47,432 bases of DNA from an uncultured delta proteobacterium (GTDB taxonomy: Bacteria > Desulfobacterota > Syntrophobacteria > Syntrophobacterales > Syntrophobacteraceae), in NCBI GenBank assembly GCA_963808625.1, contig CAWEHK010000005.1, forward strand, positions 1 to 47,432, read 5' to 3'. The notes beneath the pieces were generated by a model. The model was not told the DNA's origin and made no database searches. It worked only from the letters and a program-made list of their open reading frames with translations. Numbering within the stretch: the stretch's first letter is position 1; every line of letters begins with the position of its first letter. Of this stretch, positions 9,254 to 18,959 are shown piece after piece. Position numbers and translations under genes: made by a program.

Positions 9254-10893
9254 TTACCGTTCGCACTCCGGCTCTTTGTCGCGTCCGCACCCGATGATCC
9301 GCAGAAAACGCTGGAGAATATTCTCCGGCTGCAAGGTCGCAGCTCAAATCCTCTCTGCTGATGCTTTTCAAGCGCTCGAGGGCGGCGGCATTCCGGGCTG
9401 CCCGATCAGCCACGAGTTGCGACAGCACCGCAGGGATTTCGGGGTGGAGGCCGAGCAGGCAAGCGAAAGCGTCCTGGGGAATCTCCAGCAGCTCCACCTC
9501 TTCCCGAACAAAAACCGTGGCCGTACGCGGCAGTCCGGTCATGAGACTCATTTCTCCCAGCAGCGCGCCCGGTCCCACATCAAATTCCACGGCCTGCGCT
9601 GCGTCCTCGTATTCCATGCGCCCATGCAGGCGGCCCGTGACCACGACATAGCAGGTGTTTCCCGGATCGCCCTGGGAAAAGAGGGTTTCCCCGGAGGTGT
9701 AGCGGTGGCGAGACATCTTCTCGGCCACCTGACGGAGGTCTTCGTCCTGGAGGAGGGGGGCGCCTTGAGCATCCACGAGAACCTCGGTGCAGAAGTCGCT
9801 TGCTTTGAGGTCGGCAATGCGGCGCGTCATCTCTTCGTCTTCAGGGGGCAGGCGGCGTTGCTGGGAGACCACCGTCATGAAGTCATCCAGCAGCCGGTCG
9901 CTCATAGGGAAGGGGATTTCGATGCCGCGCCGCTTGAACTGGTACCAGACCATGCGGGCCACGTCGCCATCGATGGTTTGCCGATCATTCAAGGAATGCG
10001 TCCAGTAGCGCACCGCATAGTTGATCCCGAAGTCCTTGAACTCAGTGACAACCGCATCGGGCGGAGGATCTCGCAGCACCTCGGGAACGTTCAGGGCCGA
10101 TTGGACCAGAGCGTCGATTACGTCACCCGGGGCGTCGGCATAGCTGGCGCCGACCGGCAGGCTGTGGCGGCGTAACGAGGTCGGCCGGCTCAGGTTGTGG
10201 ATGGTCGCGTTGGCCACCGTGCTGTTGGGCACCACGATAATATGGCCGCCGTAGGTTTGGAGGCGGGTTTCACGCCAGTTGGTTTCGATGACCTTCCCCT
10301 CGACCTCGTTGATTCGTACCCAGTCGGAGGGCAACACCGAGCGCGTGAGGTGCATGGACATCCCGGCCAGCAGATTGCTCAGCACCCCCTGCAGAGCAAA
10401 GCCCACCACGGCGGTGAGGAGGGCGGTGGAGGCAAGCAACGGGGAAATGTCGAGTTCCAGAATGATCCGTATGACAGCGAATGCCGCGGCCAGAAAAACG
10501 AGGGTCCGCATGATCGAGACGAGCAGTTCGGGAATCGGAAAAGGGCGGCCCCGAATAACATAGACCTGGCGCGCGATCCCCTCCACCAGCGCGATGCTCA
10601 AGGACGACCAGCCAGAACGCCAGCCAGCTTGTGATATGTCCTCGAATTTGCGAAAGATATTGATTGACCGCGGGATTGAGCCGGAGGGCTGCCAGCGCGA
10701 GCTCGGAAATGACCAGGACGGCCAGGGGCCGAGACACATAACCGGTGAGGTTCTTTGCCGCCTGAATAATTCCCCGCGTGGGGGATTCATGGTCGGTTAT
10801 CGCCCGGCGAAGGGGCCCGGCCAGAATATTGGCAATGGCGAAAACCGCGAGAAAACTTAGGCACTCAAGGACGATGGGGGTGAATCCATTCAT
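9254..10893 (-). CDS. MscS-family mechanosensitive channel with C-terminal cyclic-nucleotide-binding domain, frameshifted
   Basis: VVGFALQGVLSNLLAG, NWRET, VPNS and GIEIPFP (MscS); LFSQGDPG...GEMSLMTGLPRTATV (cNMP); N-terminus MNGFTP and C-terminus ENILQRFLRII...ER* lie in other frames. Confidence 0.9.
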
Positions 10894-10961
10894 TGCTGTG
10901 CTTCCATGGGGGTGAGGCAAGCCGCAAGCCCTCTTACCCCAAAAGGATTTGGATGAGCATA

Positions 10962-10988
10962 CAGAAGTCAGGAGTCAGAAGTCAGAAT
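10962..10988. repeat. CAGAAGT 7-bp tandem repeat
   Basis: CAGAAGTCAGGAGTCAGAAGTCAGAAT. Confidence 0.7.
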
Positions 10989-11142
10989 GAAAACAAAACC
11001 TCAGTTTTCCCCCTCCGTGTCGCATTCTCATCCTTTGTAGTGAACCACCGGGCAATGATCGTCAGTGGGCAGCTCCATGTTGCGCCCCGGTGGCAGTAAT
11101 GAGCGGTTATTATAGTAATAGTCGTTCTATGAATCCAAGCCG

Positions 11143-11210
11143 TGTGGGGCAGGCTTTCCAGCCTGCCATGCCGAACCGGCCAAAAGGCAGGCTGGAAAGC
11201 CTGCCCCACA
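11143..11210. repeat. REP doublet TGTGGGGCAGGCTTTCCAGCCTGCC
   Basis: 25-bp perfect inverted arms; identical arms at 40600-40656. Confidence 0.85.
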
Positions 11211-11243
11211 AATTAAGGCACCTGCGGAAACCTCGTTGTAGTA

Positions 11244-12246
11244 TTAGAAGTGCTGGACCCAACGGAAGTTGTATCGCTGCCCTTCAGACCGATTTTCGAC
11301 TGCGGTTTCAAAATAGACATTTACGAAGAAATGAGTATTTTGAGACCAGTGGAAGACAAACCCGGGCCCGATTCCCAGGACCTGCTCCTTTCTGCCTGAC
11401 ACGCTGTCGCCGTCCACTTGCGTATCCGTGGTCTGTTTCAGGTAGTACCCGTTGATGCCGGCGTGGAGCCTCTTTTCGAGAAGTTCGTAGGAGCTGGCGA
11501 AGTTGAGGTGCACCGCCTGTCCGGCTCGAGTATCATCCGCTCGAGTGCCGTCCGCATAGCCAAAACCCCGGTTGGGATCATTGTTTTTCGAGTTCCAGAG
11601 GTAATGGATGCGCGTGCGAAAACTCCCATCTGGGCGTGATGAAAAGGGTCGCGGCCCAGTAAGGATCGAAGGAAAAGAAGTTGCTTCCCGGATTAATTTC
11701 CTTGTCACTGCTATATTTTCCAGTGGGGAAAATCGCCTGCAACTCGATCCGGTGCATGAAAAGCGGGCCGTTGCAGCCCAGCGGGATGGGGTCCCACTGA
11801 AGGTACGGTCCCACATAGATATCCCCGAGTCCGGCGCCGTTGTCCTGTGGGGGGCCTGGGAGGCTGTGCGAAAGGTCGGTTACGATTACGGGGATGATGA
11901 GGTCGAGGCCCCATTTGCCGCCCAGAAGCAAGTCATGATTTGACTGGTAGATGAACTGAGAGGCAAAGGCAAAGACGTTGAGTCTCTCGCCGGCAAAAGA
12001 GGGCAACATTTCATTGCCGTCGGCGTTCTTTAGCTTGGTTGCCGTATAGTACTGAAAGTACTGGGTAAAATAGAATCCTGGGCCGGCGGGCGGGCCACCG
12101 TCGAGGAAGCTCGTTAGACCCAGGTTCAGGCCGGGAGGCAGGTCATAGGCCTGTGCCGGGAGGACACCCGCAGGGCCGCCTCCGATACCGGTGAACATGA
12201 GCATGACCAGAAGCACGCTGGCTATGAACAATACGGTCCTTTTCAT
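11244..12246 (-). CDS. SphA/phenol-MetA-pathway-like outer-membrane beta-barrel protein, frameshifted
   Basis: Signal peptide MKRTVLF...; NLGLTSFLDGGPPAGPG, GLGDIYVGP, PTGKY, GYYLKQTTD; C-terminal Phe. Confidence 0.8.
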
Positions 12247-12534
12247 GGCTTCTCTCCTCCTTCTTGTAAGACGCTGTTTTGCGGCCTCGATCAACTCCAG
12301 CAAAGTGACGATTTTTTCTTTCGGTTCTTGATCAGACCAGCGATCCCAGTCCTCCTTCTCCAGGAATGATGGCAGGAAGGCTGCCACCGGAAATCGGCAT
12401 TGCCAGCAAATGATGGTGCGCTGGCACGGGACCGCTCCGCCTTCTCTCCGGCAGTAGGCGAAAGTGACCTGCCCGCCGAGCTTCGGGCACCGGATTTCCA
12501 GGTGGTCGTAGGAAGCCTCCTTGCGCTCAATCAC
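12247..12534 (-). CDS. Small Cys-rich conserved hypothetical protein (reads in frame into the next gene as sequenced)
   Basis: RCPKLGGQVTFAYC...PCQRTIICW; a separate AGGAGG RBS precedes the downstream ATG. Confidence 0.6.
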
Positions 12535-12543
12535 TGGTCAACC

Positions 12544-13906
12544 TCACGGTTTGGGAAAGTTGGCAATCGACTTCAAAGCCCTTTGGATTTCTTCCTCCGG
12601 AAGCTCATACGGTGCGAGCGTCCCCGAAAGAAAGGCGTCGTAGGCCGGCAGATCGATGATCCCGTGGCCGCTCCAGTTAAAGAGGATGACTTTTTCCTTG
12701 CCTTCTTCCCTGGCCCGCATGGCCTCCTGGACGACGGCCGCAATCACGTGATTGGTTTCCGGAGCGGGAATGAAGCCTTCAGTGCGAGCCCAGTTCACTC
12801 CTGCGGTGAAGGTTTCAATCTGGTGGTACGCTCGGGCTTCAACGAGCTGCTCCTTCACCAAATGGCTGACAATCGGCGCCATGCCGTGATACCGCAAGCC
12901 GCCGGCATGAATGGATGCCGGCACGAAGTCGTGGCCGAGGGTGTACATGGGCAGGAGCGGCGTCGTCATGGCGGTATCGCCAAAGTCGTAGGCAAAGGGA
13001 CCTCGGGTCAGAGTGGGACAGGAACTGGGTTCCGCAGCGACAATGGAGACCTGCTTGCCGTGGATCTTGTCGCGGACGAAGGGCAGGCTGATCCCGGCAA
13101 AATTACTGCCGCCTCCGGCACAGCCCATGACGACATCGGGATAGACGCCGATCTTTTCCATCTGCTTGTGCGCTTCGAGACCGATGATGGTCTGATGCAG
13201 GAGCACGTGATTGAGAACGCTCCCCAGGGAATAACGCGCCTCGGGATTGCCGACGGCGTCCTCGATGGCCTCACTGATGGCGATCCCGAGGCTTCCCGGG
13301 GAGTCGGGAAAATCAGCCAGGATTTTTCGGCCCGCTGCCGTGACGGTGCTCGGGCTCGGGATGCATTCCGCGCCCCAGGTTGCCATCATCAGGCGGCGGT
13401 AGGGCTTTTGTTCGTAGCTCACTCGCACCATGAACACCCGGCAGTCCAGGCCAAACATCTGGCAGGCCATGCTCAGAGCGCTTCCCCACTGGCCGGCGCC
13501 GGTCTCCGTGGAGAGCCGCTTGATGCCAAAAACTTTGTTGTAATAGGCCTGAGGGATGGCCGTATTGGGCTTGTGCGACCCGGGGGGACTGTTGCCTTCA
13601 TTTTTGTAGTAAATCTTCACGGGGGCATCGAGAAGCTTCTCGAATTGGAGCGCCCGGCACAGGGGAGAAGGGCGCCACAGGCAATACTTCTCGAGGACGG
13701 GCTCAGGGATGTCGATCCAACGGTCTGGGGAGACTTCCTGCTCGATGAGGTTCATCGGGAAGACCGGCGCCAGGTCCTCAGGCGCGATCGGCTTTCCGGT
13801 TCCCGGGTGGAGTGGCGGTTTCATGGGCGTCGGCAGATCGGCCAGAATGTTGTACCACTGCCGGGGCATCTCACTTTCATCCAAGAACACTTTGCATCTG
13901 TTCCAT
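12544..13906 (-). CDS. trpB: TrpB2-type tryptophan synthase beta chain (stand-alone)
   Basis: [11 protein letters not shown] lysine, [23 protein letters not shown] and APET motifs; no trpA next to it; AAGGAGG RBS before ATG at 13906, with a probable indel just after the start. Confidence 0.93.
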
Positions 13907-13931
13907 CACGCCTCCTTTGTTAACGATTGAA

Positions 13932-13966
13932 TAAAAAAAAGACCATGGAGAAAACCCCATGGCCTC
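13932..13966 (-). terminator. Intrinsic terminator (attenuator) upstream of trpB2
   Basis: Minus strand AGGCCATGGGG-TTTT-CTCCATGGTCT followed by a T run. Confidence 0.85.
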
Positions 13967-14025
13967 TTTTCAGAAAACGACTCGAGCCATGGGCAGTCCC
14001 TCCTTACCCACGGCTCACTTGCTCT

Positions 14026-14100
14026 TTATCGACAAGGATCCTCAGTGGGCAGGCCCGGTAAAGCCCGCCACCACCAGAACAGGCATTTTGACGCGACCAT
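14026..14100 (-). CDS. Trp attenuator leader peptide MVASKCLFWWWRALPGLPTEDPCR
   Basis: 24-codon ORF with TGG TGG TGG; AAAGGTG RBS; followed by alternative hairpins and a terminator upstream of trpB2. Confidence 0.85.
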   Translation of the reverse strand: MVASKCLFWWWRALPGLPTEDPCR

Positions 14101-14225
14101 CGTGAACACCTTTTAAATCCTGTCTCGTCTGTTAGATTTCAGCCACCTTCGCCGGTTCCGAGGAGCAATCACCAGATGCGAACAGGCGCCAAACGCTACC
14201 ATGCAGTCTAAATCCTTGGCAGGGC

Positions 14226-14255
14226 TTGTTAGCACAGCGGAAGTTCTTCTGTCAA
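14226..14255 (-). promoter_or_regulatory. Putative sigma70 promoter for the trp leader
   Basis: Minus strand TTGACA-N18-TAACAA with extended TGn. Confidence 0.5.
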
Positions 14256-14360
14256 TCTCCATTTTAACCTTTCTTCAACTTCCTCCATTGTAGACGGGAA
14301 TTACATTGGAACAAATATCCATTAACGTTAACGCAACGAGTCCAACGGGGAGGGTCAAAC

Positions 14361-14654
14361 ATGTATCTTGAATACTTCGAAACGACGGCTGAAGATTCTG
14401 TGGATCAGTGGCTTTGGGATGCCGCGCTGAGGGAGAAAATGCTTAAGCCTGTGGCTCCTAACGGCAAGTGCCATTTCGATTCCAGACGCACGCTGATGGT
14501 GGTTAATCTCGCCTGGTTTGAAAATCCGGATCGTCCGGTGGAGATTTCCATGTGGGATGAAGCGACCAAGCAGAAGATGCGTCAGCCCGTGCTGGCCAAT
14601 GGCTGCCACCATCTTCATGACGAGGCCCTGAGAAGGCTCATCGAACTTGGATAG
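14361..14654 (+). CDS. Hypothetical protein with two internal repeats
   Basis: GGAGG RBS; WDAALREKMLKPVAPNGKCH and WDEATKQKMRQPVLANGCHH. Confidence 0.65.
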   Translation: MYLEYFETTAEDSVDQWLWDAALREKMLKPVAPNGKCHFDSRRTLMVVNLAWFENPDRPVEISMWDEATKQKMRQPVLANGCHHLHDEALRRLIELG

Positions 14655-14714
14655 ATTTGCTGTTCAGATTTCCCAGAAAGCCATTCCCTTTCTTGTTTCA
14701 AGAGGGATAGACAT

Positions 14715-15303
14715 ATGGGACTCACCGAAGACCGAATCAGGGAATTTGAACGAAGGCGGGTGCAGCTCATGGCCATGGGCGGTGAGAAGATGATCCTGAA
14801 GCAATACGCATCGGGAAAACTCACCGCCCGTGAACGGTTGGATCTTCTATTCGACCAGGGCACATTCCAGGAGGTTCAGCTTTTTGTGAAGCACCGTTCG
14901 ACCCTTCTTGGGCTGGGCAAGAAGGAAATCAATGCCGACGGCGTCATCACGGGATTCGGGAAGGTGAACGGGCGAACCGTCTTTGCTGCGGCCCAGGATT
15001 TCACCAGCGCCGGCGGCAGCCTTGGCGAAATGCACGCCCGGAAGATCTGGAAGGTCATGGATATGGCGATTGATGCGAAGAAGCCGTTGATTGCCCTCAA
15101 CGATTCCGGCGGCGCCAGGATTCAGGAGGGGGTGCCCGCGCTGGATGGGTATGCGGGCATCTTCCGGCGCAACACCACAGCGTCAGGCTATATCCCCCAG
15201 ATTACGGCCATCATGGGACATTCGGCGGGCGGGGCGGTTTATTCGCCGGCCCTGACCGACTGGGTCTTCATGGTCAAGGGAAGCAGCTATATGTATATCA
15301 CCG
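14715..15303 (+). pseudogene. Acyl-CoA carboxylase carboxyltransferase (PccB/MmdA-like), 3'-truncated
   Basis: GKLTARER, DGVITG, QDFT, DSGGARIQEG and GGAVYSPALTD; similarity ends at YMYIT, where GP is expected. Confidence 0.85.
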
Positions 15304-15478
15304 TCAGCACAGCGTGTTGCTTTGGCTGGTTTCACCAAACCATCAATATGCTTATCTTATACAAGGAAATTGAGCTCACGCGCTGCCTGACCCTGCCGGG
15401 GAATGGAGCAACGCCCGCATCGTCCGGGTGCTGCCGGCCCGCCATCATCGGGGAGCCCAAGGTGGGCAAAGGAGGATT

Positions 15479-15680
15479 ATGTTGAACGAAGCAACCGTTG
15501 ACCAATTGAGGACAACCCTGCGTGGCGAGTTCATCGGACCGAATGATGACGGATACGAGGTCGCTCGCAAGGTTTACAACGCAATGATTGACAAGCGTCC
15601 CCGCCTGATTGCGCGCTGCCCGGATGTGGCAGACCTGATTGCTGCGGTGAATTTTGCACGAGATAACGGTCTGCCTGTCA
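15479..15680 (+). pseudogene. FAD-binding oxidoreductase (FAD_binding_4), N-terminal fragment only
   Basis: AGGAGG RBS; YEVARKVYNAMIDKRPRLIARC...AVNFARDNGLP, cut before the expected RGGGH. Confidence 0.85.
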
Positions 15681-15862
15681 GCGGTGATCTGAAACTGCGT
15701 TAAAAGCGGCGCACTGAAGATGTCGGTCGCCATAGCTGTATTTTCTTCCAAAGCATCCACATAAAATTCTTGTTTCTCCTTCATTTCTTCTTCGTATCTT
15801 CTTCGGTTGGTGTTTTCTTCCGAAAACCTCGCTATTGACCTGATTTTTGAACCCGAAGGACA
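15676..15862. mobile_element. Possible IS21-like mini-element or scar
   Basis: TGTC...GACA ends with weak inverted similarity (19 of 33); repeated sub-motif near the left end; lies exactly between two truncated genes. Confidence 0.4.
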
Positions 15863-16524
15863 GGTCGAAGGGATTAACCTGCTGAAGGGAAAGCACTACT
15901 TCTGCAACGTTCTTTTCGCCCACATGGGGGATGAATCCCTTATCCTCGCGAGGCTTAAGATAATGGTTGATAACCTGGCGAAATCGGGCGCAAAAGAAAT
16001 CGTCTTTGTCCATGACGACTGCTATGCCGCCTTGAAAGGAATAGCCCCGGAACATGGCATAGAGATTCCCTTCCGTCCCGTGCACCTCTTCGAATATCTC
16101 AGGGATTACCTTGAAGGCCACAAAGACCAACTCAGGAAGCTGCACATGAAGGTCGCCTACCAGAGACCTTGCGCCTCCCGGTACACGCCGGAGAAGGATT
16201 CTCTTCTTGACGAGATCTTTGATCTGAGTCGGAGTTGAGCGAGTGAAACGCAATTATGATGGCGTCAATGCCCTGTGCTGTGGCGTTGAAGTGGCCGGAC
16301 CAAATCTCAGGCTCTTTCCCAGGGGGAAAGATTTTGAGCCTTTTCGCCATAAAAATGTCACAGATGCGAAGAATCATGGAACCGAAGCCATGGTCTACCT
16401 TTGCGCCATGTGCTTTGCCACTCTACACAGGAAGGTTCGCGAGGCCGGGATGAAGAACTATATGGTTAGCGACATCTGCCGCCTTGCGCTCGGTGAAATG
16501 CTTCCGGAAGACAAGCCTTCATGA
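15863..16524 (+). pseudogene. (Fe-S)-binding / CCG-domain protein, 5'-truncated, with a frameshift near 16235
   Basis: HYFCN, VHDDCY, AYQRPCASRY, NALCCG and YLCAMC motifs; no N-terminus or RBS. Confidence 0.75.
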
Positions 16525-16659
16525 AGCCGGGCAGACCCGGTATGTACCGCGAGAAGACAGCGAAAAGTGCATGAAGCATCTGGGCCGGGAATCATTCTAC
16601 GAATTTCATTGACGGGGATTCAATAGAAATTCAGTTCGCAATCTACAAGGAGACATGGC

Positions 16660-17304
16660 ATGGACGCGCACCAAATCGCATGGAACGAGAAGGTTGCCAA
16701 GGAAATTATTGAACACTTGGAGAAGCGCCGAATGGAGGGCAGTTATGCAGCCAGTGCCACTCAGGCCAGGGATGAAATCATCGCCATGATCCCAGCGGCC
16801 GCCTCGGTTTACCGCTGTGGTTCGATGACAACGACCGAAATCGGCTTGTGGGAAGAACTGGCTGAACAGCCCGGCGTGAAGATTATCGATCCATACCGAC
16901 CTGGACTTTCGCCTGAAGAATCGGTTGAGGTTCGGCGCCAGGGTCTGACGGCGGACGTGATGATTGCCAGTTCCAATGCCGTTACTCTGGACGGGAAGCT
17001 GGTCAACCTTGATGGCAGTGGGAACAGGATAGCCGCGATGGCGTTCGGCCCCAAGAAAGTCATCCTTGTTGTCGGAATGAATAAGGTTGCTCCGGACCTG
17101 GAAACGGCCATGGCGAGGGTCAAGCATTACGCAGCCCCGGTAAACGTAATCCGGATCGGATTCAAAAATCCCTGCGCAGAAACCGGTTTGTGCGCCGACT
17201 GCAAATCGCCCCAGCGAATCTGCAATATGTGGAGTATCATCGAAGGCCATACGGTCAAGGGACGCATTCATGTGAAACTGGTTGGTGAGAATTTGGGGTA
17301 CTAA
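16660..17304 (+). CDS. LUD-domain (lactate utilisation LutC-like) protein
   Basis: GSMT, SSNAVTLDGKLVNLDGSGNR, GPKKV and PCAETGLCADC...RICN motifs; AAGGAG RBS. Confidence 0.88.
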   Translation: MDAHQIAWNEKVAKEIIEHLEKRRMEGSYAASATQARDEIIAMIPAAASVYRCGSMTTTEIGLWEELAEQPGVKIIDPYRPGLSPEESVEVRRQGLTADVMIASSNAVTLDGKLVNLDGSGNRIAAMAFGPKKVILVVGMNKVAPDLETAMARVKHYAAPVNVIRIGFKNPCAETGLCADCKSPQRICNMWSIIEGHTVKGRIHVKLVGENLGY

Positions 17305-17662
17305 ATGATTGAGCTTTTGGCACGGTTGGCAATCAACGCAGCCCTCCTCCTGTTTGTTGCCAGGCTGGTTCCAGGGATCCATGTGGAAGGCTGGACTGCG
17401 GCTTTTATCGGAGCGATGGTTCTGGGTCTTGGTTAATTTTTTCGTCAGACCCGTCATGGTGATTCTGACTTTTCCCTTGACGGTAGTGACGATGGGGCTC
17501 TTCCTCCTGGTCATCAATGGGTTCATGCTCTGGCTGGTTTCTGGTCTCGTGCCGGGAATCCACATACGAGGGTTCGGTTCAGCGCTCCTCGGAAGTCTGC
17601 TTTTTTCAATACTTAATTTGGCTCTCTCCGCTATGCTGAGGCGTGGAGGAGCGTTCATTTGA
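17305..17662 (+). CDS. Phage holin family 4-TM membrane protein (YvlD-like), frameshifted
   Basis: MIELLARLAINAALL...; VNFFVRPV...TFPLTVVTMGLFLLVING...GFGSALLGS. Confidence 0.8.
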
Positions 17663-17817
17663 TGGGATAGCTTGGAGTTTTGGTTCCCGTAACCTCCATA
17701 ACCATTGGAATGTGGGTCGCCGACAATCGGGCGACTGGAAGTTTTTTGGGGGCGGGCTTTGGCTTGCGTCGGGAATGTGTGGAGGCTTCGACCGAACTTC
17801 GTGTCAATTGATTCTAA

Positions 17818-17893
17818 TGGAGGGCGACGCGGGGATCGAACCCGCGACCTTTGGTTCCGGAGACCAACGCTCTATCCACTGAGCTAGTCGCCC
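17818..17893 (-). tRNA. tRNA-Arg(CCG)
   Basis: GGGCGAC/GTCGCCC acceptor stem; TTGGT-CTCCGGA-ACCAA anticodon arm; GGTTCGATCC T arm; encoded CCA; 76 nt. Confidence 0.97.
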
Positions 17894-17941
17894 CTGTTTT
17901 CTGTCCTTGCTCTGACTTTCCGCTATCGGAGAGCCTGAATT

Positions 17942-17970
17942 CTGATAACAGAGCAGGCGAGCTTTGTCAA
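17942..17970 (-). promoter_or_regulatory. Putative sigma70 promoter of the tRNA
   Basis: TTGACA-N17-TATCAG with extended TGn. Confidence 0.55.
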
Positions 17971-18050
17971 TCGATCAACCGACATCTTGCCAACCACCGT
18001 CAATCATCTATCAACAATCATGTACAAACCATCAACGATCAACCATCCAC
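17968..18050. repeat. Degenerate CATCAAC 7-bp repeats
   Basis: Recurrent ATCAAC units; same family at 20320-20368. Confidence 0.6.
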
Positions 18051-18243
18051 TCGTCATTTTTGGCTGAGCAGCAATCGGCGGTGGGGTCTCTATGTTGATA
18101 AAGGATGCGATCCTGCATTTTGACACGCGGGCAGGAATGCCCGCGCTCCCATAAAGCAGGTCCCAGAAACAAAACTTCTTGCTCTTAACGAGTATATTAC
18201 CTGATCAGATGAGAACAAAATTATGTGGACCGTTGCTGCCTTC

Positions 18244-18837
18244 CTAAATCAGGCCCTTGGAAGAGGGAATCCCAACCCGTCTGTCGTCGTAACGGGTCGC
18301 CTGATCGAGGGCTCGGCCCCAGGCTTTGAACACTGCTTCCAGGATGTGGTGGGTATTGCTCCCGTAAAGGACTTGGACGTGAAGGGTCACCCCGCCATGT
18401 TGGGAGAATGCCCGGAAGAATTCGGGGACCAGTTCCGTTTCGAATTGACCCACTTCGGCCGTCAGCGGAGGTGCCTGGTAGACCAGGTAGGGCCGATTGG
18501 AAAGGTCCAGCGCTACCGCAGCGCACGCTTCATCCATAGGCACCACGGCATAGCCGTAGCGGCGGATGCCCTGCCGGTCGCCCAACGCCTCGGATAGACA
18601 TTTCCCAAGGCAAATGCCGATGTCTTCGACCGTGTGATGGGCGTCAACCTCCAAATCCCCTTCCGCATGGAGTTTCAGATCGAAAAATCCATGCACGGCA
18701 AAGAGGGTCAACATGTGATCCAAAAACGGGACCCCCGTGTGGAGGTCCACCACGCCCTGGCCATCTATTGAAAGTTCGAGATGAATATTCGTTTCTTTGG
18801 TCTTCCGATCGATCTGACCTTTCCGCATGGTTTCCAA
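18244..18837 (-). CDS. hisB: Imidazoleglycerol-phosphate dehydratase
   Basis: RKTKET, FLDHML, DAHHTVED, PMDEA, NTHHILEA and PSSKG motifs. Confidence 0.97.
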   Translation of the reverse strand: METMRKGQIDRKTKETNIHLELSIDGQGVVDLHTGVPFLDHMLTLFAVHGFFDLKLHAEGDLEVDAHHTVEDIGICLGKCLSEALGDRQGIRRYGYAVVPMDEACAAVALDLSNRPYLVYQAPPLTAEVGQFETELVPEFFRAFSQHGGVTLHVQVLYGSNTHHILEAVFKAWGRALDQATRYDDRRVGIPSSKGLI

Positions 18838-18959
18838 TCCATTCCATCAATAGGCAAAAGTGCAATGCGCAGCGTCGCAACGGGGACTGCCTGAGCGTCC
18901 GGCTATGCTATTCAGCCTCAAGCGAGCGACCACAAGTGACGATAAGTCTATGGCTCCGG

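Noticed and set aside
12400..13923. 507-aa plus-strand ORF
   Set aside because: Antisense shadow of trpB2 with no recognisable motifs; common in GC-rich DNA
17305..17662. Prophage lysis gene
   Set aside because: YvlD-like holin-family proteins are common chromosomal membrane proteins, and no phage genes are nearby
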